Assembly: GCA_963833575.1 (NCBI GenBank)
Contig: CAWHXY010000004.1
Span: 512,001-576,000 of the forward strand
Direction: 5' to 3'
From: Candidatus Bathyarchaeota archaeon
GTDB taxonomy: Archaea > Thermoproteota > Bathyarchaeia > Bathyarchaeales > Bathycorpusculaceae
DNA: 64,000 bases
The notes under the pieces were generated by a model. That model did not search any database, was not told where the DNA came from, and saw only the letters and a list, made by a program, of their open reading frames with translations. Of the stretch, positions 48,747 to 58,502 are shown piece by piece; the stretch's first letter is position 1, and every line of letters starts with the position of its first letter. The translations under genes and the position numbers were made by a program.

Positions 48747-49997
48747 ATGATTACACATACATTTCAGTCAACGGGCAGTACTCCAGAAGCCGTAATTATC
48801 GGGGGCGGCCCTGTTGGTTCATATGCAGCGCTAAACTTAGCTAAACTAGGCGTTAGAGTCACAGTTTTTGAAGAACATTCCGAAATTGGATTTCCTTCCC
48901 ATTGTGCAGGGCATCTTAGTATTCGAAGTTTACGAAGCATGGGTTTGTATCCCCTTCCAGACGGCATTGTTGAAAACACTTTTGACACTGCTAACTTTTA
49001 TTCGCCAACTGGCACCAAATTTTCACTCCACCTTTCACAGCCAGTAACGACTACGTTGAATCGGGCACTCTTTGACCAGTATTTGGCCAAACAAGGAAAA
49101 GCAGCTGGGGCACAATTCGTTTTAAACGCCCGTGTCCAATCCCTGATAAAAGCTGATGGTTTTGTCAAAGGAATAAATGTCCAAAGAAATTGTCAAAAAG
49201 AAGAGGAAGTTCACTCAAAAATCACTTTAGATGCTGAAGGGATTTCATCTAGACTTTTGAGGAAAGCAGACTTAACTGCACTTAAGCCAAAAGGACTCAT
49301 CTACGCTGTTGAAGCTGAAGTAGAAAACGTAAAAGACATTGAGCGTAACGCAGTTGAAGTTTATTTTGGCAAATCTTACGCACCTGGATTCTATGGGTGG
49401 CTAATTCCAAAGCTTGACGGAACAGCGAAAGTTGGTTTAGCAACAAACTATGGAAACCCCAATGAATTTCTTCGCAGGCTTGTGTCTAAGCATCCAGTTG
49501 CTTCAAAACAGCTTGACGGCGCCAAAATAACCAAAATTAGCTATCACCCGATAACTCTGGGCGGTCCAATCGAAAAAACTTATGCCAACGGGTTTCTCGC
49601 AGTGGGCGACTGCGCTTCTCAAGTTAAACCGACTACAGGCGGCGGAGTAATTTTCGGGTTAACATGCGCCAAAATAGCAGCACAAACCGCCAATGAAGCA
49701 CTGCAGAAAGGCGACGTTTCCTCTGATTTCCTGCGGATTTACCAAAAACGATGCTCCGACCTGTTACGTTTCGATTTCTCTGTTATGCGTAGACTTAGAC
49801 GTTTTCTTGATTCTTTGTCTGACCAAAAAGTGGATGAAATGTTACGGGTATGTGGAAAACTGGGAGTCGATAAAGCGTTGAGCAATGTAAACGAAATTGA
49901 TTTTCAGGGAAAACTAATGCTTCAAGTTCTAGGGAAACCAGCGATAATGGCAGCTATGGCTTACTTTGCAATGCTTTACTTGTCTGCAAACCCTTAA
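48747..49997 (+). CDS. Geranylgeranyl reductase family FAD oxidoreductase
   Basis: GGGPVG, P.HCAG, APGFYGWLIP, VGD.A..VKPTTGGG. Confidence 0.85.
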   Translation: MITHTFQSTGSTPEAVIIGGGPVGSYAALNLAKLGVRVTVFEEHSEIGFPSHCAGHLSIRSLRSMGLYPLPDGIVENTFDTANFYSPTGTKFSLHLSQPVTTTLNRALFDQYLAKQGKAAGAQFVLNARVQSLIKADGFVKGINVQRNCQKEEEVHSKITLDAEGISSRLLRKADLTALKPKGLIYAVEAEVENVKDIERNAVEVYFGKSYAPGFYGWLIPKLDGTAKVGLATNYGNPNEFLRRLVSKHPVASKQLDGAKITKISYHPITLGGPIEKTYANGFLAVGDCASQVKPTTGGGVIFGLTCAKIAAQTANEALQKGDVSSDFLRIYQKRCSDLLRFDFSVMRRLRRFLDSLSDQKVDEMLRVCGKLGVDKALSNVNEIDFQGKLMLQVLGKPAIMAAMAYFAMLYLSANP

Positions 49998-50034
49998 AAT
50001 CTTCGACTGCCAAGATAGAGACGGGATAAAGATA

Positions 50035-50397
50035 ATGGGCGAATTCGAATACAAACAAGTCCTCGTTTTCCGTACCGATTTGCAGATGAGTAAAGGAAAA
50101 ATTGCAGCCCAAGCCGGACACGCCGCAGTTTCAGCTGCTCAAGCCGCTTTCAACCAGCACAAAAAATGGTGGGAAGCATGGATGTATGAAGGACAAAAAA
50201 AGGTCGCCGTTAAAGTCGCTGACGAGAAAGAGCTTGGTGAATTGGAAGAAGCCGCTGATCAGTTAGGTTTGCCTCATGCGTTAATTGTTGATAGAGGGTT
50301 AACACAAGTGCCTGAAGGTACAGTGACTTGTTTGGGTATTGGACCTGCTCCTGCAGAAAAGATTGACCGCTTAACTGGTAAACTGAAATTATTGTAG
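50035..50397 (+). CDS. pth2: Peptidyl-tRNA hydrolase Pth2
   Basis: KQV...R.DL.MSKGKIAAQAGHA, D.GLTQ, GIGP. Confidence 0.95.
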   Translation: MGEFEYKQVLVFRTDLQMSKGKIAAQAGHAAVSAAQAAFNQHKKWWEAWMYEGQKKVAVKVADEKELGELEEAADQLGLPHALIVDRGLTQVPEGTVTCLGIGPAPAEKIDRLTGKLKLL

Positions 50398-50406
50398 GGC
50401 GATTGC

Positions 50407-51780
50407 GTGCCTGTTTCACCACTTGACAAGCAACTCGGCATAGAAGTTTACGCCACCAAAAGTTTAGGTATTGTGGGCACCATCCGTGAAGCTGTTGAGG
50501 ATTTTATCGTTGAAGAAGTGCTCGTCGATGGATCAAAAGCAAGCGTAAATGGCGGTGTTCCAGGCAAAGTGTTAGGTTCTTCTTTTCAAAGGCAGAGGTT
50601 TCTACTATGCATATTAATTAAACGCAACTGGGACACATTCATAGCCATAAAAAACGTTGCAAAACAACTCGGCATAGAACAAAGATGTATACAGATTGCA
50701 GGCATTAAAGACGCTAAAGCCGTAACAGCTCAACACTTAACCATTGAGGATTGCTTGATGGAGGATGCTTCGAAAGTCAACGTTAAAGACATCCAACTGC
50801 AACCTGTCGGCTACCTTCGTGAAGCGCTTTCACTGTACTACCTGCTTGGCAACAACTTCACAATAAACATTAAATCTTTAATGCTTGAGGAATCCACTGT
50901 TAAAACAAGAATCTCTAAAATTGCTGATGAACTTGAAGCCTTAGGAGGCATTCCGAACTTTTTTGGTCACCAGCGCTTCGGCACCACACGTCCAATAACG
51001 CACCTGGTTGGCAAAGCCCTTGTTAGGGGTGACTTTCGAGAGGCAACGATGCTTTTTTTGGCTAAACCAAGCGTTCATGAGCATCCAATGTCGAGGCAAG
51101 CACGCCAAGAATTGCAATCAACGGGAGATTTCAAGCGGGCACAGGAGAATTTTCCTAAGCAGCTCCGTTTTGAACGGTTAATGTTGAACCATTTAGTTGA
51201 TAATCCCGATGATTTTGTTGGTGCTTTTCAAAGGTTGCCGGTTAAGCTTCAGGAACTTTTTGTTCAAGCTCATCAGTCCTTCCTGTTTAACCGATTTCTA
51301 AGCGAGCGGGTAAAGCACGGTCTCTTTTTGAATAAAGTGGAGATCGGGGATTATGTGGTTGGCGTTGAGCGTTCAGGATTACCTGTAACCAAAATGTCCA
51401 AAATGGTGGTTGCCGAAAACATAACTGAAATTAATGAGAAAATAATATCGGGAAAAATGCGGGTTGCCTTGCCTATAGTTGGGGTAAAACAGAAGTTTTC
51501 TGAAGGGGTTATGGGGCAAATTGAAAAAGAGGTCCTTGCAGAAGAAGGAATCAACTTGGAGAACTTGAAGGTTAATGAGTTGTCAAGGGTTGGTGGCAGA
51601 GGCGGGTTACGAACAGCAATTACCCTAATCAAAGACTTTAAGATTCAAACCATTTCAAAAAACGAAAACGGCATAGGCTTTCAAACAAAGTTGAGTTTTA
51701 TGTTGCTCAGAGGTTCTTACGCAACCGTGCTTCTAAGAGAAATAATGAAGCCGATGGACCCTATAACGGCTGGCTTCTGA
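50407..51780 (+). CDS. truD: tRNA pseudouridine(13) synthase
   Basis: EDFIVEE, AGIKDAKAVT.Q, PNFFG.QRFG, RGSYAT. Confidence 0.9.
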   Translation: MPVSPLDKQLGIEVYATKSLGIVGTIREAVEDFIVEEVLVDGSKASVNGGVPGKVLGSSFQRQRFLLCILIKRNWDTFIAIKNVAKQLGIEQRCIQIAGIKDAKAVTAQHLTIEDCLMEDASKVNVKDIQLQPVGYLREALSLYYLLGNNFTINIKSLMLEESTVKTRISKIADELEALGGIPNFFGHQRFGTTRPITHLVGKALVRGDFREATMLFLAKPSVHEHPMSRQARQELQSTGDFKRAQENFPKQLRFERLMLNHLVDNPDDFVGAFQRLPVKLQELFVQAHQSFLFNRFLSERVKHGLFLNKVEIGDYVVGVERSGLPVTKMSKMVVAENITEINEKIISGKMRVALPIVGVKQKFSEGVMGQIEKEVLAEEGINLENLKVNELSRVGGRGGLRTAITLIKDFKIQTISKNENGIGFQTKLSFMLLRGSYATVLLREIMKPMDPITAGF

Positions 51781-51793
51781 ACCCAGTTTCTTT

Positions 51794-52276
51794 TCAGGTA
51801 TTCTTTGTTGCGTCTATGGAAAATTTTTTCTTTAGACTTTGAGCGAATTCTTCTGCCTGCTTTATGTCTTCTTCGTTAGGTCTCCCCTTGTTCAGTCCTC
51901 CAAATATTTTCAAAGCCCCGAAAGTATCGAATGCAGCACAATTGAATTCACTAACTATATCAAAACCTTTACTCTGAAGTTTTTCTCGAAGTTTTTTGTG
52001 GAATTTGCTCATGTTTCCCGATTGACCACTTGTGGAGAATATGAATGCTTTCTTGTTAGAAACTTGAGGAAGTTTATCGGCAAAGTCTATGAGAACCTTA
52101 TGAAGTTTTCCAAAGTAAACACCAGAGCCGAACCCTACTAAATCATAATTTGAAAGACTAGTTGGGTCGACTTGATCGGGAGTTTTTATTTCTGCGCCAA
52201 TATTACTTGAGATGGCTTGGGCTATTTTTTCAGTGTTTTTGTGATGATATGAAAATAAAATAATAATTGCGTTCAT
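51794..52276 (-). CDS. Flavodoxin family protein (paralog of 24320-24808)
   Basis: SYHHKNTEKIA, DLVGFGSGVY, FSTSG, NKGRPN. Confidence 0.8.
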   Translation of the reverse strand: MNAIIILFSYHHKNTEKIAQAISSNIGAEIKTPDQVDPTSLSNYDLVGFGSGVYFGKLHKVLIDFADKLPQVSNKKAFIFSTSGQSGNMSKFHKKLREKLQSKGFDIVSEFNCAAFDTFGALKIFGGLNKGRPNEEDIKQAEEFAQSLKKKFSIDATKNT

Positions 52277-52388
52277 TTTTCAAGCAACCTTGTTTGCTTA
52301 TTGTCAGCTACCCTTATTTAGAGTCTATGGTCAGTGATAAGGTTGATAAGGAAGCGGTAAATTCCTTTAAATTGGGAAGTACATTTTT

Positions 52389-52946
52389 ATGGAAAATGAA
52401 CGCCAATGCGTTATACCAATTCATAAACCAAGCTACAGAGAATTAAGCTTCTTTTTTGCATCCGGAATCCTTGTCAGCATCCCATTTACACTTTTCTTTT
52501 CACAGCTTTACCCATTTTTCCCTGCCGCGTTAACGGTGATAGTCTTTGCGCCAATTATAGAAGAGTTAGCAAAAGTTTTCCCATTATTTTACAGGCATGG
52601 AGAAACCGAAAGATCATACGTAACATTAGGAATTTTGATCGGGCTTGGTTTTGGCATCTCCGAGCTGGTATTGTATGTTTTCTTTATGGGCGTGCCACTG
52701 ATTGATAGAATTCCAGGCGTTATTTTTCATGCTTCAAGCGCAGCCATAACGGCGTATGGTATATCGAAGAAAAACCCTTTGCCTTATTATGTGACAGCGG
52801 TGTTACTTCATTTGACCAATAACCTTTTTGCTTTTGAGTCTGTGGTGCCTTTTGGTTTGTTTGCTGAATTGATAGTTTTAATTGTTGCTTATCTTTTGGC
52901 TTGGCGCTTCTACCATCTGAGTTCAAAAGAAAAAATTGTTGTTTAA
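52389..52946 (+). CDS. PrsW family intramembrane glutamic protease
   Basis: APIIEELAK, GLGF..SE, FH, LLH..NN in a TM-rich protein. Confidence 0.75.
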   Translation: MENERQCVIPIHKPSYRELSFFFASGILVSIPFTLFFSQLYPFFPAALTVIVFAPIIEELAKVFPLFYRHGETERSYVTLGILIGLGFGISELVLYVFFMGVPLIDRIPGVIFHASSAAITAYGISKKNPLPYYVTAVLLHLTNNLFAFESVVPFGLFAELIVLIVAYLLAWRFYHLSSKEKIVV

Positions 52947-53470
52947 CATCCTCTATCTGTTTTAGCTAAATCTCTAAGTCTGTTAACGCCATCAATTTCT
53001 TTGATGAAACCAGCAACGCTTTTTGGAACAAGTTCAGTCCAACTTTCGTCTTTAAGCATTTTTTCCCTGACAATAGTTGACATGTACTGTTGCCTATCGA
53101 AGAATGGAATATTTTTAACTGGATATCCTTTTTCCATGAAAAGCCTTTGAGTCAACGGTTCATTAGAAAAAACAACATTAAACTTCGGTGTATAACCTTC
53201 AAGAGCGCTGACCCAAAGCATATGCAAATGCACATCTGGAACAGGAACAATCCAAAGCTTTGAATAATCCACCTTGGCTTCTTCCAAAGCTTTACGAATC
53301 ATAACTAATCTTTCGCCCGCGGTGAACGGATTATTGCCGTTATGGCTATACTGCGCGCTGCCAATAACTATAACAAGTTCATCAACTTGTTTTAGTACTG
53401 TCTTGATAGCGCCAAGATGACCTAAATGAAAAGGTTGAAACCTACCAACGTATAGACCTCGATTAAACAA
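52943..53470 (-). CDS. nadM: Nicotinamide-nucleotide adenylyltransferase
   Basis: GRFQPFHLGH, IGSAQ, NPFTAGER. Confidence 0.9.
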   Translation of the reverse strand: MFNRGLYVGRFQPFHLGHLGAIKTVLKQVDELVIVIGSAQYSHNGNNPFTAGERLVMIRKALEEAKVDYSKLWIVPVPDVHLHMLWVSALEGYTPKFNVVFSNEPLTQRLFMEKGYPVKNIPFFDRQQYMSTIVREKMLKDESWTELVPKSVAGFIKEIDGVNRLRDLAKTDRGC

Positions 53471-53519
53471 CGGAATTCCTCGCCTTTGAGGTTAAGCTCG
53501 CACGCTTTTATGATTTGCG

Positions 53520-54116
53520 TTAACTAAAAAATGCAGCTGAATTTCTTAGTGAATATTCAACTGGAAAAACCTGAAGCTGGCGACCGTTGACTTCAATATC
53601 TTTGGATGTTAAAAATCCCCTCTTCTCTTTGACTAAGAGTTCAAATTTAACTTTTAAGCCTCCACCATAACCACCTAGTGTAAAATCAGATTTTACAACT
53701 CTGTGGCATGGAATGATCGGCGCAAAAGGGTTAGATGCCATAACGTTTCCAACAGCCCTGGGACCTCCACCCACCGCCTTAGCAATTGCGCCATAAGAAG
53801 CTACATATCCGATAGGAATCTGAGCTGTTGCTTTAAGCGTTTCCTGAGTATAAGAGGGCAAACGAGTTAAGGCTAAAGAAAAATTTGCGTTAACATTTTG
53901 CCCATCGTAAATAGCTTTCAGAGAAGAAAGAATAGTTTTAGCGAAGGCTGAAGGCTTATGGAAAACCTCAAAAGGAACATTGAACGGTAAATTTTCTAAA
54001 ATGTTGCCTAATGTTAACTGTTGACTTACACCAAACGATGTTGTGATGATTTGCTGTTGAGAGCAGGCAACGCTGAACCAAACGTCGTCAAAGTTTTGAG
54101 AATAAATTTCTATCAT
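53520..54116 (-). CDS. ogt: Methylated-DNA--protein-cysteine methyltransferase
   Basis: RAVGN..A.NP...IIPCHRV, GGYGGG. Confidence 0.9.
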   Translation of the reverse strand: MIEIYSQNFDDVWFSVACSQQQIITTSFGVSQQLTLGNILENLPFNVPFEVFHKPSAFAKTILSSLKAIYDGQNVNANFSLALTRLPSYTQETLKATAQIPIGYVASYGAIAKAVGGGPRAVGNVMASNPFAPIIPCHRVVKSDFTLGGYGGGLKVKFELLVKEKRGFLTSKDIEVNGRQLQVFPVEYSLRNSAAFFS

Positions 54117-54164
54117 CCGCTTCGACCTTGGGCCTATTTGCCAGTGTAAACAGCAAAGGGTTTG

Positions 54165-54335
54165 TTAAAAGTTTCTGCGAAATAAACTTGATTTGCCTGA
54201 GCATTCCAAGCATGTAGCAATCAATTTAATATTATCTGACGATTAAGTATTGACCAAAAAGCTCTTAGCCGTAACAGATATGTAGCCGACTGGTTTTCCG
54301 CATTTTTGCCATTTTATTGGTTCAGAATCAGTCAT
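54165..54335 (-). pseudogene. Decayed zinc-ribbon microprotein gene
   Basis: MTDSEPIKWQKCGKPVGYISVTAKSFLVNT*SSDNIKLIATCLECSGKSSLFRRNF*; in-frame TAA at 54243-54245; first CxxC reads WxxC. Confidence 0.45.
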
Positions 54336-54418
54336 AAACGAGTCACTCGCCTATTCTATAATGGTTATAAGCAACCTTAATAATTTGTTTTGTGTATAAC
54401 AACGAAAAGGCGAAATTT

Positions 54419-55105
54419 ATGGAAGGATATGGACCACAATTACCACAAATACCCCAAATTCCACAAATGCCAATGCCGCAAGATCAACAGCAACAAGCGC
54501 AACAAAGCGGCTATGCATGGATGCCGGGCGCAACTACAGTTGGTGTTGTCTTTGCTGACGGAGTAGTTTTAGCATCTGAAAAAAGAGTAACTTACGGTTA
54601 TTTCGTTATGAGCAAAGGAGGCAAAAAAGTATTCAAAGTAACTGACCAAATAGGCGTTGCTTGTGCAGGACTTGTTGGAGACATGCAAATCCTTGCTAAG
54701 GAAATGGAAGCTCAAGCAAACCTGTACAGCATGGACACGGGAAGAAAAATCAGCGTTCGTTCAGCATCAAAACTTTTGGCAACTGTCCTCTTCAATCGTA
54801 GATATTCACCATTAATTACTCAAACAATTGTCGGTGGTTTAGACGAAGAAGGCCCCTCACTTTATGTTCTTGATGTTTTAGGCTCGCTTATACCTGATAA
54901 ATACGCGGTTGTGGGGACAGGAACAGAACTAGCCATTGGTGTTTTGGAAGAAGGCTACAAAGAAACCATGAATACAGAAGAAGCTAAAGATCTCGTGACG
55001 CGCTCGATAAAATCAGCTATAAGCAGAGACTCAATGAGCGGCGACGGTATAGACTTCCTTATAATAACTAAAGATGGCATAGCTGAAGATTCCATAAAGT
55101 TTTAA
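54419..55105 (+). CDS. psmB: Proteasome beta subunit, non-catalytic type (Ala at the Thr1 position)
   Basis: MPG-ATTVG, ASEKR, AGLVGD, RD.MSGDG; Pro/Gln-rich N-terminal extension. Confidence 0.9.
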   Translation: MEGYGPQLPQIPQIPQMPMPQDQQQQAQQSGYAWMPGATTVGVVFADGVVLASEKRVTYGYFVMSKGGKKVFKVTDQIGVACAGLVGDMQILAKEMEAQANLYSMDTGRKISVRSASKLLATVLFNRRYSPLITQTIVGGLDEEGPSLYVLDVLGSLIPDKYAVVGTGTELAIGVLEEGYKETMNTEEAKDLVTRSIKSAISRDSMSGDGIDFLIITKDGIAEDSIKF

Positions 55106-55179
55106 ACAATTCCCCAACTCTTTAATTTTCGTAATTAAGCAGTAAAGTAGAGCATAATTCGTTCATAAGAGGCAGCATT

Positions 55180-55803
55180 ATGTCGTTTGAACTAACAGAT
55201 GAAGAAGGAAAATTTTTAATTCACCTCGCAAGAACAACGGTAAAAATATATCTAGAAAATGGAGAAAAAATTGGGTCGCCAAAAGAGACCCCGAAAAAGT
55301 TTTTTGAGCATTGTGGAGTCTTCGTAACCATAAGCAACCTAAGACGGGGCAAAAAGGAACTTCGCGGCTGCATCGGTTACCCTTACCCTACAAGTCCACT
55401 TGTGGAAGCAGTGATTGATTCTGCCATTAACGCCGCAACACAAGATCCACGATTTGAACCTTTATCTTTGGATGAGTTAGGCAAGGTCGTGTTTGAAATA
55501 AGTGTACTAACGCCGCCGGAGGCTGTGGAAGTTGCGAATCCAAAGGAATATCTAAGTGAAATTAAGGTTGGCGAAGATGGTTTAATTGTTGAAAAAGGCT
55601 ACCACAAGGGTTTGCTTTTGCCTCAAGTACCTGTTGAGTGGGGATGGTGTGAAGAAGAATTTTTGTGCCAATGCTGCGTCAAGGCAGGAGTCCCGATGGA
55701 TAGTTGGTTAACAAAAGGTGTTAAAATTTACAAATTTAAAGCGATAGTTTTTGAAGAAGAAACCCCGATGGGTGAAGTTAAACGTGTCCAGCTTCACAAA
55801 TGA
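55180..55803 (+). CDS. AMMECR1 family protein (TIGR00296)
   Basis: GVFVT, LRGCIG, DPRF, EISVL, GLLLPQV. Confidence 0.9.
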   Translation: MSFELTDEEGKFLIHLARTTVKIYLENGEKIGSPKETPKKFFEHCGVFVTISNLRRGKKELRGCIGYPYPTSPLVEAVIDSAINAATQDPRFEPLSLDELGKVVFEISVLTPPEAVEVANPKEYLSEIKVGEDGLIVEKGYHKGLLLPQVPVEWGWCEEEFLCQCCVKAGVPMDSWLTKGVKIYKFKAIVFEEETPMGEVKRVQLHK

Positions 55804-55812
55804 CAATCGGCA

Positions 55813-56952
55813 TTAATCTAGTAAGGTTTCGATGATTGTAACTGCTCGGTCTAAGCCATTAAATTTGCTTGAGAACTCGCTTAGCGTCAACACATTTCTA
55901 TCGAAGGTTTCTTGATCTGAGTCCATTTTTGCTATGGCTTTTTCCAATTCTTTCTTGTTCTTAACGGTTATTGAACATTTTAGATCTTGAAGTTTAGCTG
56001 CGTTGCCTTCTTGTTCGGGCTGCGTTGGAATGCAAATGGTTGGTTTAGAATGTTTGATGGTTTCAAAGCATGTTGCATGGCCACCGCTGAAGATTACGAA
56101 TTTTGCATTTTTCATCGCTTCTTGCCGCTCTTCAGCCGTTAGCCAAGTGTGAAGTTCGCAGTTTCCAATTTTGGCGGTTACTTTTTTTCCAGGTGTTCCT
56201 AGACTAATTACGCATTTAGTTTTGAGTTTTTCAAGGACAGGAATGAGAGTTTTTATTAGTTTTGCTCTTGTGCCTGGTGGTCCGCTGATGGGAGCAAAAA
56301 TATGTTGATGTGGACCTTTAAGGGGTGTTGTGTCAACGAAGCTTCCTGTGTACTCTACTTTCGCATTTAATCCTAAGTGATCTAAGTCTCCAATGCTGTA
56401 TTCTGAGATTGTGTAAGGTGGCGGATTGTCAGGAATGATTATTTTTGAACACTGTTTGACATATCTCTCAACCACTCGTTCGCCTGGGCTGAGGAAAGCG
56501 GAGAACCCATAGCTTGGTCTAATCATATTAGCAATGTAAACTGAAGGAATTCTCCATCTTTGAGCAAGCCGAAGCGCGTTTATATCGCCGTCAGCAATGA
56601 GAAGATCAGGCGCAATATCATGAATATTTTCTCGAAGATCATAATATCGATGTATGGTTTCCCATGCATTGGAATTTTTTATTTCAAGCCTATTTCTCTC
56701 CATATTAAATAATGGGAGAGGAAAAAAAAGATTAACTAGAGAGGCAGAAGTAATGATGCCATGTGCGTTTTCATACCAAGAAATTGGAGTGCACTTTGAA
56801 ACGTTCTTAAACTCATTCTTTAGCATGTCGTGTGCTTTGCCGCCAGAGAAAAAGAACATTTCATGACCATGTTTCTCCAGCTTTTTCCCTAAGGGAATGA
56901 TACGGGAAACATGACCTAAGCCAAGCTCTGAACAGCTTATGAGTAGACGCAT
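55813..56952 (-). CDS. GT28/MurG-like glycosyltransferase
   Basis: LGLGHVSR, GGH.T..E, P.QPEQ..NA. Confidence 0.8.
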   Translation of the reverse strand: MRLLISCSELGLGHVSRIIPLGKKLEKHGHEMFFFSGGKAHDMLKNEFKNVSKCTPISWYENAHGIITSASLVNLFFPLPLFNMERNRLEIKNSNAWETIHRYYDLRENIHDIAPDLLIADGDINALRLAQRWRIPSVYIANMIRPSYGFSAFLSPGERVVERYVKQCSKIIIPDNPPPYTISEYSIGDLDHLGLNAKVEYTGSFVDTTPLKGPHQHIFAPISGPPGTRAKLIKTLIPVLEKLKTKCVISLGTPGKKVTAKIGNCELHTWLTAEERQEAMKNAKFVIFSGGHATCFETIKHSKPTICIPTQPEQEGNAAKLQDLKCSITVKNKKELEKAIAKMDSDQETFDRNVLTLSEFSSKFNGLDRAVTIIETLLD

Positions 56953-57044
56953 ATACTACAGATAAGCGGCGATTTATTTTAATTATCCCCATGTCTGCTT
57001 GAAAAAAGCAAGCATTTTAAGGCGTAAACGCAACAATAAAAGGT

Positions 57045-57899
57045 ATGTTTATTCCCCGCAGAATCCTGGAAGAAAAGTTAAAACAAATACTTGCTGAAGA
57101 CATAGGGCAAGGCGACGTAACGGCCCAAGCAATTATTCCTCCAAATTTAATTGTAAAAGCAATAGTCTTAGCTAAAGAAGAAGGCGTGGCTGCTGGAATA
57201 GAAGAGGCAACTATTCTGGCTGAATATTTAGGATTAAAAGTTAAAACGAAAGTTGCTGATGGCGAAAAAATCAAGAATAAACAGGTTTTAATAGAGATTT
57301 CAGGTGATGCTCAAACCATCCTTTCCAGCGAGAGAACACTGCTTAATCTTCTTTCAAGAATGAGCGGTATCGCAACCACTACACGAAGATTAACAGAGAA
57401 GCTTGAAAAGACTAGTTCAAAAGCAAGAATTGCTGCCACGCGAAAATCAGCGCCAGGGCTACTTTATTTTGACAAAAAAGCCGTAATAATTGGGAACGGA
57501 GACCCTCATAGACTTCATTTAGATGATATGATTTTGATTAAAGATAATCATTTAGCTATTTTGGGAAATGTTGAAGCTGCAGTTAAGAAAGCAAAAGTGA
57601 ACGCTTCTTTTGCCAAAAAAATCGAAGTTGAAGTAACAATAGCGGAGGATGCGGTAAAAGCGGCGAAGGCAGGTGCTGATATTGTTATGCTGGATAATTT
57701 CTCTCCTAAACAAGCAAAAGAAGCTAGCCAAATGTTGTTGAAGGCGGGGTTTGACAAGGTGATGCTGGAAGTGAGCGGTGGAATTAAAGAAGAAACGTTG
57801 CTGGAGTATGCGGCGGCGCATGTTGATATAATTAGTATGGGCGAGCTTACTCATAGCGTTAAAGCTTTAGACATTAGCTTAGAAATAGTTAAAGATTGA
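57045..57899 (+). CDS. nadC: Nicotinate-nucleotide diphosphorylase (quinolinate phosphoribosyltransferase)
   Basis: ED.G.GDVT, ATRK, HRL.L.D..LIKDNH, EVEV, LDN, EVSGG. Confidence 0.95.
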   Translation: MFIPRRILEEKLKQILAEDIGQGDVTAQAIIPPNLIVKAIVLAKEEGVAAGIEEATILAEYLGLKVKTKVADGEKIKNKQVLIEISGDAQTILSSERTLLNLLSRMSGIATTTRRLTEKLEKTSSKARIAATRKSAPGLLYFDKKAVIIGNGDPHRLHLDDMILIKDNHLAILGNVEAAVKKAKVNASFAKKIEVEVTIAEDAVKAAKAGADIVMLDNFSPKQAKEASQMLLKAGFDKVMLEVSGGIKEETLLEYAAAHVDIISMGELTHSVKALDISLEIVKD

Positions 57900-57919
57900 A
57901 AGGAAAAAGTGATGCTGCT

Positions 57920-58492
57920 CTAGATACCGGCGTTTATCAGCAGAACTTCTACTATTGCGCCTACGATAAGTATGCCAGCGCAAATCCCGATGAAAATTAA
58001 TGCATTTCTAAGTTCATGTCTGATTATGGGCCATTTATATTTAAGTATTCTACGTACTAGCCAAATGCTCTCTGCAATGGCAATTGAGTAGGCAGTGAAT
58101 TCTAGCCAAAACACAGGTGTTAACACTAAACTTAACAAGCCTATCCATACTGGGTAGCCTTGGACGGAAGCTATAGCGCCTAGCGCAACGCCAGTGTTGA
58201 AAAGTATAGTTAGACCTAAAACAACTCCAAGAACAGGAACGAACATTAGCAAACAGATTCCAAAATTGTTTAAGAAAATGTATTCTGTTAGAGTATTATC
58301 GGATTTATGTTGGTTAAGAGTTGAGTTTAGATTGCTACTTATCGTCTGAGCATCTTGATGATTGAGAGGAATGAAACTTCCAACAACAGTAAGTACAAAC
58401 GCAATAACGAAAATAAATATGATCGAGTAGATTCTCTTGCGTTTTGAAGAAGCGTTTCTCCAGAAAGCAGGATACTCAAGTTTCAATGGCAT
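57920..58492 (-). CDS. SpoIIM-like membrane protein
   Basis: IFLNN, P..G, N.G, LE..AY, A.VE pattern across TM helices. Confidence 0.7.
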   Translation of the reverse strand: MPLKLEYPAFWRNASSKRKRIYSIIFIFVIAFVLTVVGSFIPLNHQDAQTISSNLNSTLNQHKSDNTLTEYIFLNNFGICLLMFVPVLGVVLGLTILFNTGVALGAIASVQGYPVWIGLLSLVLTPVFWLEFTAYSIAIAESIWLVRRILKYKWPIIRHELRNALIFIGICAGILIVGAIVEVLLINAGI

Positions 58493-58502
58493 ACCTTCAG
58501 TT

